The notes beneath the pieces are model-generated. The model ran no database searches and was not told where the DNA came from. It was given only the letters and a program-made list of their open reading frames with translations. The position numbers and the translations under genes were made by a program. DNA of 64,000 nucleotides from Caecitellus pseudoparvulus (lineage: Eukaryota; Protista; Bigyra: Bicosoecida). The stretch is from assembly GCA_965644315.1 (NCBI GenBank), contig CBFFRQ010000045.1:24093-88092 (forward strand), given 5' to 3'. This document shows positions 46,939 through 59,200 of this stretch, in pieces; positions within the stretch are counted from its first letter, which is position 1, and the number at the start of each line of letters is the position of its first letter.

Positions 46939-49900
46939 ATGCAAGGCTTGCCCCAGCCGTGGAGGCCGTACGACGCCCAGCTCGGCAGTTCCCACAGCCA
47001 CTCGGCATGGGACGGGGCACTGCTGTGGCCCACGGCAGAGGTGCTGGATGCAGTGTGGTCCCATGCCCTCAGCTGCGTCTCTGCGCCGACCACCCTGGCG
47101 CGGCTGCGCATCCTGCTGGCGCTGCTGCGGGCCAAGCAGGCGCCAGACGCGGCGCTGCTGGCTCAAGCACTCGCGGCAGTTGGCGCGTTTCCAGCCCTTG
47201 CCCGTGACCTGCGAGCTGCCATCCCAGCCCAAGTACTGCACATGGTGCAGGGCGAAGAGGGGCCCGACGGTATGCCTGGTCGGCTTGCACAGCCGCCGCT
47301 CGCAGTCGCAGGCTTGCCGGAAGCCGAGCTGGTCGCTGCGACCCCTCGCAGCGAGCCCGACAGCCAGCCCCTCCTCCCTGCGCGATTGACGGGGCCGAGC
47401 AAGGTCGGCGCAGGCACCTTGACAAGCTCCATGCCTGCTCTGCCAGGCCACAACTCCACCCTGCCCCTGCACTCCTCCCCCAGCAGCGTGTTGGAGGGTG
47501 CGCCCACGAGGCGGCGGCGTGATCCGACGCCGTTCCCCCTCCTGCACACCCACACGGGGAGCAGAGCAGGCCTGCCAGCCCTCACACAGTCCCTGCACGC
47601 TAGCATGGGGCCAGGCAGGCGGCGGCAGCGGCGTGGCATGCGCGGTGCGCCACCCACCCATCTCGGCACCCTCGCAGCCCATGTTGCAGATGGCGGCGGC
47701 AGAGTGGAGGCGGAGTCACGGGCCCTGGCGGGGTCGCTGTCACGCCACGCCCTGCAGTGCCTGTCCCGCGGCAAGCAGGCCCATGGCATGTCGCGCCGCC
47801 GTCGCACGGGCGACGCAGCAGCCGCCCCCACCCCGGCGCCGCTCCTTGCGGCCACGCTGTACACCAACACGCACCTGCGCCTGGCAGCGGGGCTGTCACG
47901 GCGAGAGGTGCACGGGCACGCGACCACCCTGCGCCAGAGGAGGCCACACAAACAGCGCTTTGGGGCAAGCACGGCCGCGCTGGGCAGCAGCGCCTCTGCG
48001 CCTGGGCTGCGGTGGGAAGAGCAGGTGTCAGCAGTGGCGGCGGCAGCGCACCGTCGACTCACAGCTGTGGAGGGCCCCCGCCCCCTGCCCATGGTGATGC
48101 TGCAGCAGCAACACACACGATCCTCACCGGTCTTGCACTCACCCGTGCTCAAGTCTGCCCTCGCCTCGCCCAAGCAGCGCTCCCTGAGTCCAACCGCTTC
48201 CGTTTCTTGGTTTGATGAGGGGGGCGACACCTCGGGCCGACGCCACATGTCGCCGCCCCTCTCCCCCATCAGACGCCGCAGTAGCAGTGGACAGCTGAGT
48301 CCTCTCAGTGGACGCAGTTTCAAGGCGGCAGCCGCCGATTTGGGCGCCCAGCAGCGGCGGCACTTCGCCGCGCGCGTCGTGCAGCGGAATTGGCGCCTCA
48401 TGCGGCAGTGGCGACAGGAGGGCAGGATGCAGCGAGAGGAGTCAGCCTTGCCCTTCATGCGGGCCCCACAGCGCACGGCGACCAAGGGGCAGGTGCGCAA
48501 GGGCCTGGCGGGCATGAAGGCTGTCAAGACATCGCAAGACTCCTTGTTGAAGAAGCTGTCCTTCAAGTCAGGCGCAAGTGCCACAAGTGCCGACTCGCGG
48601 AAGCCCCCAAAGGCCAGAGACGCCGCAGAGGCAGAGGCAGCAGGGCCACACGGTGCCGATGCTGCACCCGACACTGACAGTGCGAAGCCCCTTCCGCCTG
48701 TGCAGGAGAAGGGCGGCGGCGGTGGTCACGCTGGGAGGGGGGCTAGCGGAGCACCGGCACCCCCCCCTCGACCACAGGCGCCGCCCTCCCGCACCTCCCT
48801 CTCCGGCGCACACACCCAGAAACACGCACTGGAGGGCGAGGGCGGCAGCGACGTGGCTGCACGCAGTCGCGCCTTGGCTGCTCGGCTGCGTGTGGAGACG
48901 GAGCATGCGGATGCGGAGGACAGCCAGCCGGACACGGCACGGCCCTCCACCGCTCCCGCCCGGCGGCGCAGCGTGCTGCAGGAGATGTTGCTGCACGAGG
49001 AGGCGGACGAGGGGCTGGAGGGACGCGGGGGGACGTCGCTGTGCGACCTGCCTCTGCCAAGGCGGCCCGTGCATCCGGTCGGCGCGACAGCTTCTCCAGC
49101 GCTGTCGGACTGGCGCTGCCGGCGACTCACCACGGCGAGTCCAGCGACAGCTCCCTGGACCTGGACGCCCTGCCGTCCCTGCCACCCAGCGTGGCGCAGC
49201 GTCTGGCCAAGGCGCGGGGCGCTGGTAGCGACAGTGACAGTCTGGCACCTCTGGGCACTGTGCGTGAGGGCACGCCCACTGGCGGCGGGTCGGTGGCCCT
49301 CAGCACGCCAGGCTCGAGGGGCGGCAGCCGGCGCAAACGCTTCTCCCTGGCTGAGTACAAGGCGGGTGGCTCTGTGCTGTCCCGCCCGAAAAGGGGTGCT
49401 GGCGCCTCCAGCAGCGCCGGAGGCACTGGGAGCGCCGGCACGCCAGATACCCCGTCGCAGGGGGCAGCGGCGCCTCACAGGCGCCTGAGTGACAACAGCG
49501 AGTGCAGGTGCCAGACGCAAAGTTATCACAATACAGAAAATTCCCAAACTCCAGGCCTGTAGTGTCGCGGCAATTCTTTCGTCCCGGTCAAGCGTGCCGT
49601 GTGTGCTGCAGCTCGTCGCAGCGACGCCCAGCGACCGGCACACCCTCGGCGCGCCCTGTGACCTGCCCAGCTCCTGGTGCCCACCATGGATATGCACCAT
49701 GCGGGCAGCCTTCGACAGGCGTATTCAGCACAGTGTGACGCCGTCGTGCAGGAGCCTGATGTCCGGGTACGCTCTGCATGTTGCAACTTCCGCAGCCGGC
49801 GCGCCTCGCTGCACTGCGCCACCACTGCCTGCTCAGGTCCTGGCCGCCATGCAGCGGGGCGAGGAGGAGGCCCAGGCAGGCTTCCCCATCACCGTGCTGT

Positions 49901-52900
49901 CCCTGTCCGACGCCCAGCTGGAAGGCGCCTCCGTGGCGCCAGTGCTGCGTGCCCTGGCTGAGGGCTACCCACCAGGCCACGCGCAGGCTGGCCACGAAGA
50001 CGGCAGTGCGCTGATGCTGGCGTCGCCGCGAGTGCCGCCGGCGTCGGGGCTGCTGCGTGCGCCCCTGGCAGTGGGCGGCGCCACGGTGAGCGGCATGCTT
50101 CGGGGGCTGCTGTACCTGGACCTGTCCCACCAGCCACTGGGCGACCTGTACAATGTCCGCACCCTCTCCGCCTTCCTGGCCAGTCCCCACAGCATGGTGC
50201 AGCACGTCGTGCTGCACGGCTGCAGCCTCAGCGACGCCGATGCCGCGGCACTGGTCCTGGCCCTGGCCCGCCGGTGTGGGGTGCGACTGGACCGGGCGTC
50301 AGTGCCAGGCGAGCCGGGCGAGCTGGCCAGTCGGGCCAAGCACTTCACGAGCCAGTTCGGGGGGGAACTGGCTGCGAAGGAGGCAGGGGTGGCGGCGGCC
50401 GCGGAGGCGCACCCACCCCACCTCGTGGCCAGTGACGCCACCGCAGCCCTGCAGCACATGTCCTCGCCCGGCACACGGGCTGCCACCCGTGCCGCCAGCA
50501 GGTCCGTGGAGCAGGGGCACGTGGCGACGCTGGACCTGGGCATGAACGACGTGGGGCCCAGCACCACGGCGGTGCTGTCCGCATGGCTGGCCGCAGGCTG
50601 CGAGGGGCGAGGCGGCGACCCAGGCGACGTGTGCACCCTCAGCCGGCTGTGTCTGGACGCCAATCCCCGCCTGAATGACGCCTGCGTTGAGACGCTGTCG
50701 GCAGGGCTGGCAGACAACGCAGTGCTGCGCACGCTGTGCCTGCGACGGTGCCAGGTGGGTGCGGGTGGCGCCGCTGCGCTCAAGCGCTGCCTGTTGTTCA
50801 ACCACTCCCTGCTGCTGTTGAAGCTGGACTTCAACAAGTGCGGCTCCTCCGTCCTGAACACCATCACTGCGATGCTGCGGCGTAATACGGTAGCGGCTGC
50901 CGCTGGCATCCTCACCGCCCACGATTCGCTGCAGGTGCACCAAGGGGCGGCTGGAGCTGGGGGGGAGGGGTTGACGACACCCCCCCCTCGACACCCGGCA
51001 CGCACCCCCCCCTTGTCCCCCCCCGCTGTGCCCCGGCCCACCTCCCCCACCCGCGCCGAAGTGCAGGCGCTGGTGCGTTTCTGGGACTACCCCATGGACC
51101 ACAGCGCATCAGCGCACTTTTTCGCCGACCCCGCCAACTGGACCGCCAAACCCAACACCCTGGGCGCGTCGACAGGCGACGTGTCAGTGCGCCCCATGCC
51201 CGCCAACGCTGCTGCAGCAGTGCTGGCGGCTGGACGGGATGCCGCCGCGCCTGGCGCACAGGACCAAGCCGTGCCCCGGCACCTCGTCATCCCCGCCTTG
51301 CGCTCACCGCACCAGGCCCCAGGTGTGGCGTCGCCGGATGTGGTACGCCGCATGGCCCAGGAGCGCGCTGAGGGCCGTGTGGAGGCTGTTGTGGCTGGCG
51401 CGGATGTGGGGGGGGGCACCGCAGCGCGGCTGACACAGCACTCACAGCGTCTCGCTGCCGTGCAGTGTGCTGCGGCAGACATGGCCCGGCAGCGGGCAGA
51501 GGCTATGTCTGCCATGCGAGCGGCCCTGGGAGGTGGGGCGTCATGGATGGAGGGGGGGGCGGCGGGTGACGCCTCCGGCCGGGGCGCGTGGCGGGGGGAG
51601 GAGCAGTCCTACACCAGCGTGGCGGGTGGGGCCGAGGACGCACACGCCACCAGCGTCGTCGATGGGCCCACACATGCGCCCAGCCCCCACCCCATCACGC
51701 AACCCACCACGCCAAGTGACACCATGCAGGGATACAGTGGCAGCCCCGCTGCGCTGTTTTCACCTGCCGAGGCGGTGCTGGCGGTGCAGGGGGGAGACAG
51801 GGCTGCCAGCGGCGTGAGCGCATGCACGGCCCACACCCCCCTCGGCCCAGCACGCCCCCCCGTCACCACCAGTGCAGCTAGCATGCAGCGTGCTCGAGAC
51901 ATCGCCCAGCTGAACAGCGTGCTGGGGCCAGAGTCCAGCGCAGGGCCCACTCTGCAGGAGCACCTCCCCGCGTACACGGCTGATGCGTTTCTGAGCCAGC
52001 CAAGCACCCAGGAGGAAGGGGAAGCCCTCCCCTCCTCCCCGCGCGGGGGGGGCAGCACTGCACCCCTCTTGCAAGACCCCCACACTGCCGCCATCGCTGC
52101 TGCCCGGGCCGAACGCATGAAGGCTTTCGCAGCGCACGAGGCTGAAATGGCGGAGTTCGCGGCGCAGAGGGGTCGTCGGCGGGGGGGGCGGCAGGCGGGC
52201 GTATTGCGCGGATCTGCACAGTACGCCAGGCAGCCCCACGTCCACCCCCCCCACCAGGGCACGACGCGGCACAGTCACCCCACCTCCACCACGCCACCTC
52301 TGGGCCTACCCACCATCACCGCCCAGTCACCTCCCCGACCCATGAGCGTTGGGGTGGCGACCACACCTCCCCTGCCCGGTGTAGACCTGCTGCCACCCGC
52401 CCGCTCAGACAGACCCACGGCACATGCAGTGTCAGACGGCCAGCTGCGGTGGGTGACTCAGCGTGCCCACAGCAAGCTGGCTGCCTGGCAGCGCACGGGG
52501 GTCGCTGACGCCCAGTCTGGTGCGGAGTACGCCGGCCCCACAGCACACGGCTCGGGGCGAGACGCTGCCTCGCACGACACACCAGCGCCCACGGCCGCAT
52601 CCCCCGCCACACTGCGCCTGGCCACACGCACCGCAGCAGCTCGGCAGTGGCGACCAGCTCCGCTCCGTGGCGTACCCCTCCCCAAGCACTGGACTGCCGC
52701 CCCCCTACTCTGTACCGCATGGAGCAAGAGACAGCGGAGTCACCCCCGCGTGGCAGAGGAGGAGGGGCGCCGCCGCCACTGCACCTGGCCACGAGTCACT
52801 CCTCCACAGCCACGAGTCACCTAGTGAGCTCGCCCCGAGCAGCGAGCGAGGACGGCAGGCCCGTGCTGCATGGGCCCGCCCCTGACTCGCCGCAGGACAG

Positions 52901-54204
52901 TGACGCGACGCGGTCACTCAGTGACTCCTTGCAGGCCACGCCGCCCCCAGCCACTGTGAGACAGCCGTCCACTGCCACCCTCCCACCCCCGCCCCTGCGG
53001 GCAGGCACACCCCCCCACTCTGCACCAGCAGCATCCCCCCCCTCTCCCCAGGCAGAAGAGGCACACACCCCACCCCCCACCTCCCCATACCTGGACCGCT
53101 TCCACCTCCCCCACATGCAGCACGTGCCACAGCCCGCGCCCGAGGTGGCTGAGCTGCTGCCGCCCCCTCCCTGCCGTGACGACAGCGACACGCCAGCGCA
53201 TGACCAAGCAGGGCAGTCCGTACACCACCCATGGACCCCCCCCCACCACCCCCCACTGCACCTGCGGCACCCGCCTGGCGGTGACCCAGCACCACACACG
53301 TCCCACACGCCCATCGCGTTCAACGTGCCACCCGGAACAGCACCCGCCTGGGGTGGACACGGCACCATTGTCTTCGTGCCTGCCGCTTCTGGGCCGCCAG
53401 CGGGGAGCCCCTTCATGGCCAGTCCGCCCGCTGTTACGTGGGGAGGGGGCGGCCTGACACCGGCGCCACACATGCCCCACCACACCACCCCATCCACCCT
53501 CCTCGCCAGCCACCCCGCCCCGGACGCCGCAGCACACGCCCCCCACCCCCTTCACGCCAGCCGACTGCCGGCAGAAACCAGCATAGTGCCACACGTGCAA
53601 CCCTCTGTCACGCCCCCCCGACACAACAGTGCACAGGGGCCAGAGCAAGCCGCGCCGGCCACAGAGAGGCGTGCGGGCCTCGGAGACCAGTGCGGTGGGG
53701 GGCACGGGGCAGGGGTCTCATGGGGCGCATGCTGCAGCGGGTGGAGCGTCGCGCACACCCCGAGTTCGGACCACGCACCAGCCGGGGGCAGCCGATTCCC
53801 AGCCTGCGTCAGCTGTGGGGGCCGCCACACCCGGAAGCGGGGATGCACTCCCACCCCCCACGCCGGGCTCTGCAAGGCACGTGGCAGGTGCGGGCTGGCT
53901 GCAGGCAGAATCTAGCACCAGGGTACCTGCTCCTGCTTCGGCCCTGCCCGATGCGGCGTCGACGGGTGACTCGCCGACCGCCGCCACTCAGCGGCAGGCG
54001 GCGGCCGATGGCGTTGCCGCGGCTGCCGCAGCGACGGCTGCTGTGCGCTCTGCGCTCGGGGCCTCTGAATCCTCCCAGCAGAATCTGCAACGGCGCAACT
54101 TCCTAGCCTCCTGCCGAGGGGTGGCCCCCACGCCACGGCTGGATGCCATGTCTCCGCGGCGCGTCAGCACGGTGCCCCGTCGCCGCCCAACCCAGGCGCC
54201 CTGA
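46939..54204 (+). CDS. Very large, mostly low-complexity protein with IQ motif and RI-like LRR domain (structure uncertain; frameshifts/introns; may be more than one gene)
   Basis: Consecutive long + strand frames (46741, 49041, 49489, 52647, 53629). IQ-like AARVVQRNWRLMR; LRR_RI-type LDLGMNDVG, LADNAVLRTLCL, NHSLLLLKLDFN. Confidence 0.55.
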
Positions 54205-54371
54205 AGGCATGCTGCAGCGGCAGCAAAATGTACGCAACACACAGCATGCCCGCCATTGGTGCCGCACTTTGTTGAAAAGCCCAGTTGGTGTGTGCGTGGC
54301 GGAGCATGGCCTGCTTGGCGCAAGGCCGACCGTGCTCGAGCACACGGGTCAGACAATGGCAACGCCAGAGC

Positions 54372-56136
54372 ATGCTGTTTGCCACAGCAGCGCTGGCTCT
54401 GTGCGCAGCTGCACAACTGGCCGACGTGCATGGTATCGAGACACCAATGTGGAGGTACGGAGCGGGGAAATCTGTACGAAGCGGGCAAGGTGAGTTGTAT
54501 TTCGTGGCCTAGCAAGCTCTCCTGCAAACTGCGGAAATTGCTTCAACCCCCAGCACGCCCCCCCCCTTTGCGAGACAGAAACAGCAGGAGTTGCGTTGAA
54601 CTCTCAGGTATGTCGAAACCGCATGTGAAGAATGGAGCCCAGTTGCTCAGGCAAGATTGCGATGGCTGTTGTGTCACACCCCGCGAACCCATCCGCAGAG
54701 CCTGGCACTGACCTACGCTGCAGCAGCTGGCCAAGCTACATTGGAGCGAGCAGTCCAGGACTTGCCCATCCATGTGCGCGAAGCCCTTGCGGACCACTTG
54801 CAAGGCTTCGATACCCCAACACGCGGCCCCAGGCTTGCCTGGTCCAGCCTTGACAGTCCAGATTCTAGAGGAAAGAGGGTTGTTGAGATCCCCGGTGCCG
54901 AGCTACCCTCCCTTTCCCGCCTCGCCCCCGCTGATGTGCACGCCCGCGCTGCAGAGCTGTTTGACCGGGGCTACCGACAACGTGCAGTGCAGGAGCTGTG
55001 CACGCCTGGCAGTGTCCGCGTAGCTGCCGAGGCAGGCGCCGCAACAGCAGGGCTGCCGCCACGGCGAGTGCGACAAGCCGCCACTGTGCTGCAAGTGTGT
55101 GGCTTTGTGGTTCTACAGGGCGCCATGCCGGAGAACTTGATCCGCGCTTTGAAGGAGGATAACGAGGAGCAATTCTGGGCGTTCTACAACTCCTCCATCG
55201 CCCCTGACGCCAGTCTACGCAGTGCAGCCTCCCACGAAAGTGACTCCTTCGCAATTCGCTCCAGGGGGCGGTTCGAGTACAAACTGCACCGCGCAGGCGC
55301 TTTTGCAGCCCCAGAACTACTGGAGAACCACGCTGTACTGCCTGTGCTTGCGGCAGGCATGCGTTCACTGGATTTTCAGCTGGACACGTTTTCTTGCGTC
55401 ACAAGCCTACCAGGCTCTCCCTCCCAGCACTGGCACTCGGATGCAGGGACGCTGTTTCAGACACACAGCACGAACGGACTCCCGAGTCGGCTGCGGGCGG
55501 CTCGCCTGGCGGCTGCTCAGCGTCTAGGGGTGCTGGACAATCCCAATGACCACGCAATAGCCAACACGCACCCGACCTTTGGCTACTTCGATGCCTCGCC
55601 GCACCTCCCGCCACATGGCATTGTGGCGTTCACGCCCCTCATAAATGTCACACAGGCGCACGGGCCGACCGTATTCCGCGCGGGCACACACTTGGCTTGC
55701 CCCGATGACCACTTGCGCGACCTTGAGGTGGACGGGGTGGTGCTGGACACCTGCCCGGAACACGCCACACACACGCTGCACGCGACAGCTCAGCCAGGAG
55801 ACGTGATCCTCTTCGACTTCCGCGTCTCGCACAGGGGCGGGGCGAACACCCACCCCCACGACATCCGACCGATGCTCTACCAAACATTCCTCATGGTGCG
55901 TGCCTGAAGTTTGCGCTCTGAGTAGAAAGACCAGTGTCTGTGCATTAGCACACCCCTCTCGCTTCCTGCACCCATCCGCGCAGCCATGGTACCACGACAA
56001 GGTGAACTTTCACCAGCGACAAACCTCGTCATTCGACGGGCATCCTCCGTTCCTACGCAAGCTCCTGACACGCCTTGACGCAGACGCCTTTTCAAGTTGG
56101 GTGCACGACACCGCCGCAGGCATGGGAGGTGCTTGA
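54372..56136 (+). CDS. Phytanoyl-CoA dioxygenase (PhyH)-family Fe(II)/2-oxoglutarate dioxygenase (5' structure uncertain)
   Basis: GFVVL, QHWHSD (HxD), GPT, GDVILFDFRVSHRGGAN (distal His), RPMLY. Last exon PWYHDKVNF. Confidence 0.8.
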
Positions 56137-56235
56137 TCGCAAGCAGGTTGCCATTCGTGCGGCCGCCCCTGTTCAGCCAGACCAGCCCAATCTGTGCATC
56201 GAGTGCATTAAGAAGCTACACACTCCGCACAACAG

Positions 56236-59200
56236 CTACAAAGCTACACACAGCACCCCGCGGACATCCTCCACGACACAGGAGGCGTCCTGTGCTGCAT
56301 CACACAGGGCTCGGGCGCCATCCGACGTGATCCAGCCGCCCCACGTCCCAGCTCCGTTCTGGGCCCGCACGCTCACGAAGAGCGTGCCGCCAGACGGCCA
56401 CGTGAAGCCATCTTCATCTTGGTCTGGCCCAGTCAGCAGCGCACTGGCTTCGAGGGAGTCGCCCACGAGCCTGCAAGGCATGAGGTCGTCCCGCCCGGCG
56501 TCAGAGCCGGTGCTGCCAATGCACCACTCGTACTGCACGATGCCTGACTCTGCATCAGCTGCTGGGGTCCATGAGGCTTGGAACACTGCCCCAGGACTGC
56601 CCAGGATGCAGTCCGCGTCCACGTTGCCGCCGTCACGCACTTCCACTTCGTCGCTCCAGGCCGGCGCCGTGCCGTCCAACAACACGGGCTGCCCCAGCAC
56701 GAGCTGCTGCGAGCCCGCACCATTGGCCACCTGGGCAACAGGGAAAAGACGGTCGCCATGGCCCCATGGCACAGGCGGCACGGCGAGTGTGAGCGCGTTG
56801 GGGCTGGGGGCCAAGGCAAGCGCTGCGGGGGCGCTCAGTGGGTGGCCCGGGGCGCTGGGTGTGCAGGAGCACAGGCCACCCTGCAGGGCGAGCACGGCGC
56901 CTGAGTCAACTGCTGCGCTTGACGCTTGGGATACGGTGGACAGTGCACAGGACTCGTCCACAAGGCCCAATCCAATGCGAAGCAGGTCCGGGCTCAGCTG
57001 CACTGGGTCTGAGCCGTTCCACTGGCCAGGCACAACGAGCACAGACAGGGTCGCGCTGGCCAGTCCTGACTGGACATCTCCCAGACCCTCCACGCGCAGC
57101 ACCAGCCCGGCCTGCACAGACTCCACAGTCGTGAAGGATGCAGGCTCCAGATCAGGCATGGTCTGCACGGCGCAGGCGGCCGCCGCGGCCTCCGCCTGTG
57201 AGGAGCCGGGAGCTGGCAGCAGTGCGTGGCCGCCTCGTGGCATGACGATGCGTGGTGTTAAGGCAGGCGGTGTCACATCCAGCACGCCCAGAGGGGCAAT
57301 GACTGCCGTGGACAGGCCTGCGAAGTTCGTGGCGACAGCTGTGAGCCACAGCGTGTCGCCGCCCTCCAGTGCGCTGGAGTTCAGGGTCACTTGGGCCAGG
57401 CGGCCGCTCTCCACCAGGTTTAGGTCTGTCCACGAGGCACTGGACCCCACAGCATCCCAGCTGCCCACTTCTCGCATGTGCGGCATGGCTTGAGACCCCA
57501 GAGCCGTGGCACCCACTGTGAGGGTGAGGGAGCTGAGGCCGGCACCAGCATCCGCCCAGTTCGCCAGGGACAGCTCCACGCGGCTCATGGGCACGATGGA
57601 TGGCGGGTCACTGCCAGCCTGCGCCACCGCCTCTGCAAGCTGGCCAGCTGTGATATGGGCTGCACTGCCAGCAGGCAAAGCCGAGGCCTGCAGCGTGCGG
57701 GGCGCACAGGCGCTCGCGGCGAGAGCAGGCATGCGGAAGGTGCGGGTCCACGGCAAAGCTTCCTGCAGTACGGCGGCTGGTATGGAGGCGGCAGTGTTGG
57801 TGCTGCATGCTTCCGCATCTGGGAGCAGGGCCAGTATACCGGGCCGTGGGTGTGAGCGCACGAGGCGGACAGTGGGGGAGGACAGCTGCAGGAGCCTGCC
57901 GCCTGCCTTGCTCACCGCGACTTGAACTCGGAAGCCTTGTGCAGCTGCGAAGGCGGCATCCAGAGGCACGCTCTGCAGGAGTCCCTCCGAGGCGGAAGCC
58001 ACCTGTAGCAGTTCGTGTGATGCCACGGATCCTTGGGCCGCCACTTCTTCTCCCGCGGGTGACACAGCGAGCAGCGTCCACGCCATGCCTTGCAGCGGCA
58101 CAGACACAGCCGCAACCAGTGGCAGGCGGAAGGCAATGTCCCGTGAGCCACCCTGCACCCAGCGTTGCACTGGAGGGGCCCAGGTGGCACTGACGACCGG
58201 CACTGGGATGGACGGCGCGCCAGGCTGTGGGGTTTGGTCTCGCACACGTGCATCATCGCCGTCCACGACGAGCAGGGGCGACGTGTACACTGACTGCTGC
58301 CCGGCGCCGTTCGCTGCTCGCATGAGCAACACAGCCACGCGCCCAGCCAAGGCTGAGGCAGGCAGCGTCAAGAAGGTGGCATCCGCGCTGAGCTGCACGA
58401 AGTCAGCCTCGCCAGCAGCGAGCCATTGCGGGGAGGAGAAGCTTCCACCGGTGCACGAGCCATCCGAAAATGGGCCGTGGATGAGCGCAACTTCGTGCAC
58501 GGCGATGCCACTGATGTCGTCCGTGGGCACTGGCAGGCGCAAGGACACTCCTGTGCTTGAATCCCCAACCAGGAGGTGACTCTGCAGCTGTGCTCCACAC
58601 GACACGTTCGAGTCTTTGCTGGCCAGGTCAGGCGACAGCGCAGCAGCCACAACGTGGTCCATCCCACCCACTGCAGCCTCCGCAAGTGCCACAGCCTCGG
58701 TCGCCGAGCCCGCATGCAGCGAAGCCTTGCCGAACCAGGCACCATCCAGCATCGCCACAGCGCCGGACCAGGCTGGCGGAGACCACGGCGCATCCATGAA
58801 CAGAGGCAGGGAAGCGCCCACAGCACGGCGGCCATCCTCAGTCTGCGCCTGCACGCTCACCACCACAGCCATGCCGTGTTGCAGCTCCAGGCCTGCAAAC
58901 GCAGCGGTGCCACGAGTCACGTACACGCCTGGACTGGGGTTGGAGGTGTTCCAAGTTGCTGCGTCCAGGGCAATGCCTTCACCAAGTGACTCTGATGTGG
59001 CGCCTGCAATGTGGCCCAGCGTGGCGAATGCTGACTGCAGAGGCGAGCTGGAGGTGACAGTCCAAGTGAATCGCACGTGCGTCGCTTCAGCGCTGAAGCG
59101 CATGCTCTGCTGTGCAGCGTCCACAGCCTCCACGACAACCTCAGCTTCCTCCGCTGCCACCTGCACGACGCCGCTGCGGCCTTCCGACACACTGCCAGCC

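Noticed and set aside
56236-56250. CaaX-like C-terminus (CVAL) on the giant repeat protein
   Set aside because: The protein looks extracellular, where prenylation would not apply; probably chance or a disulfide Cys.
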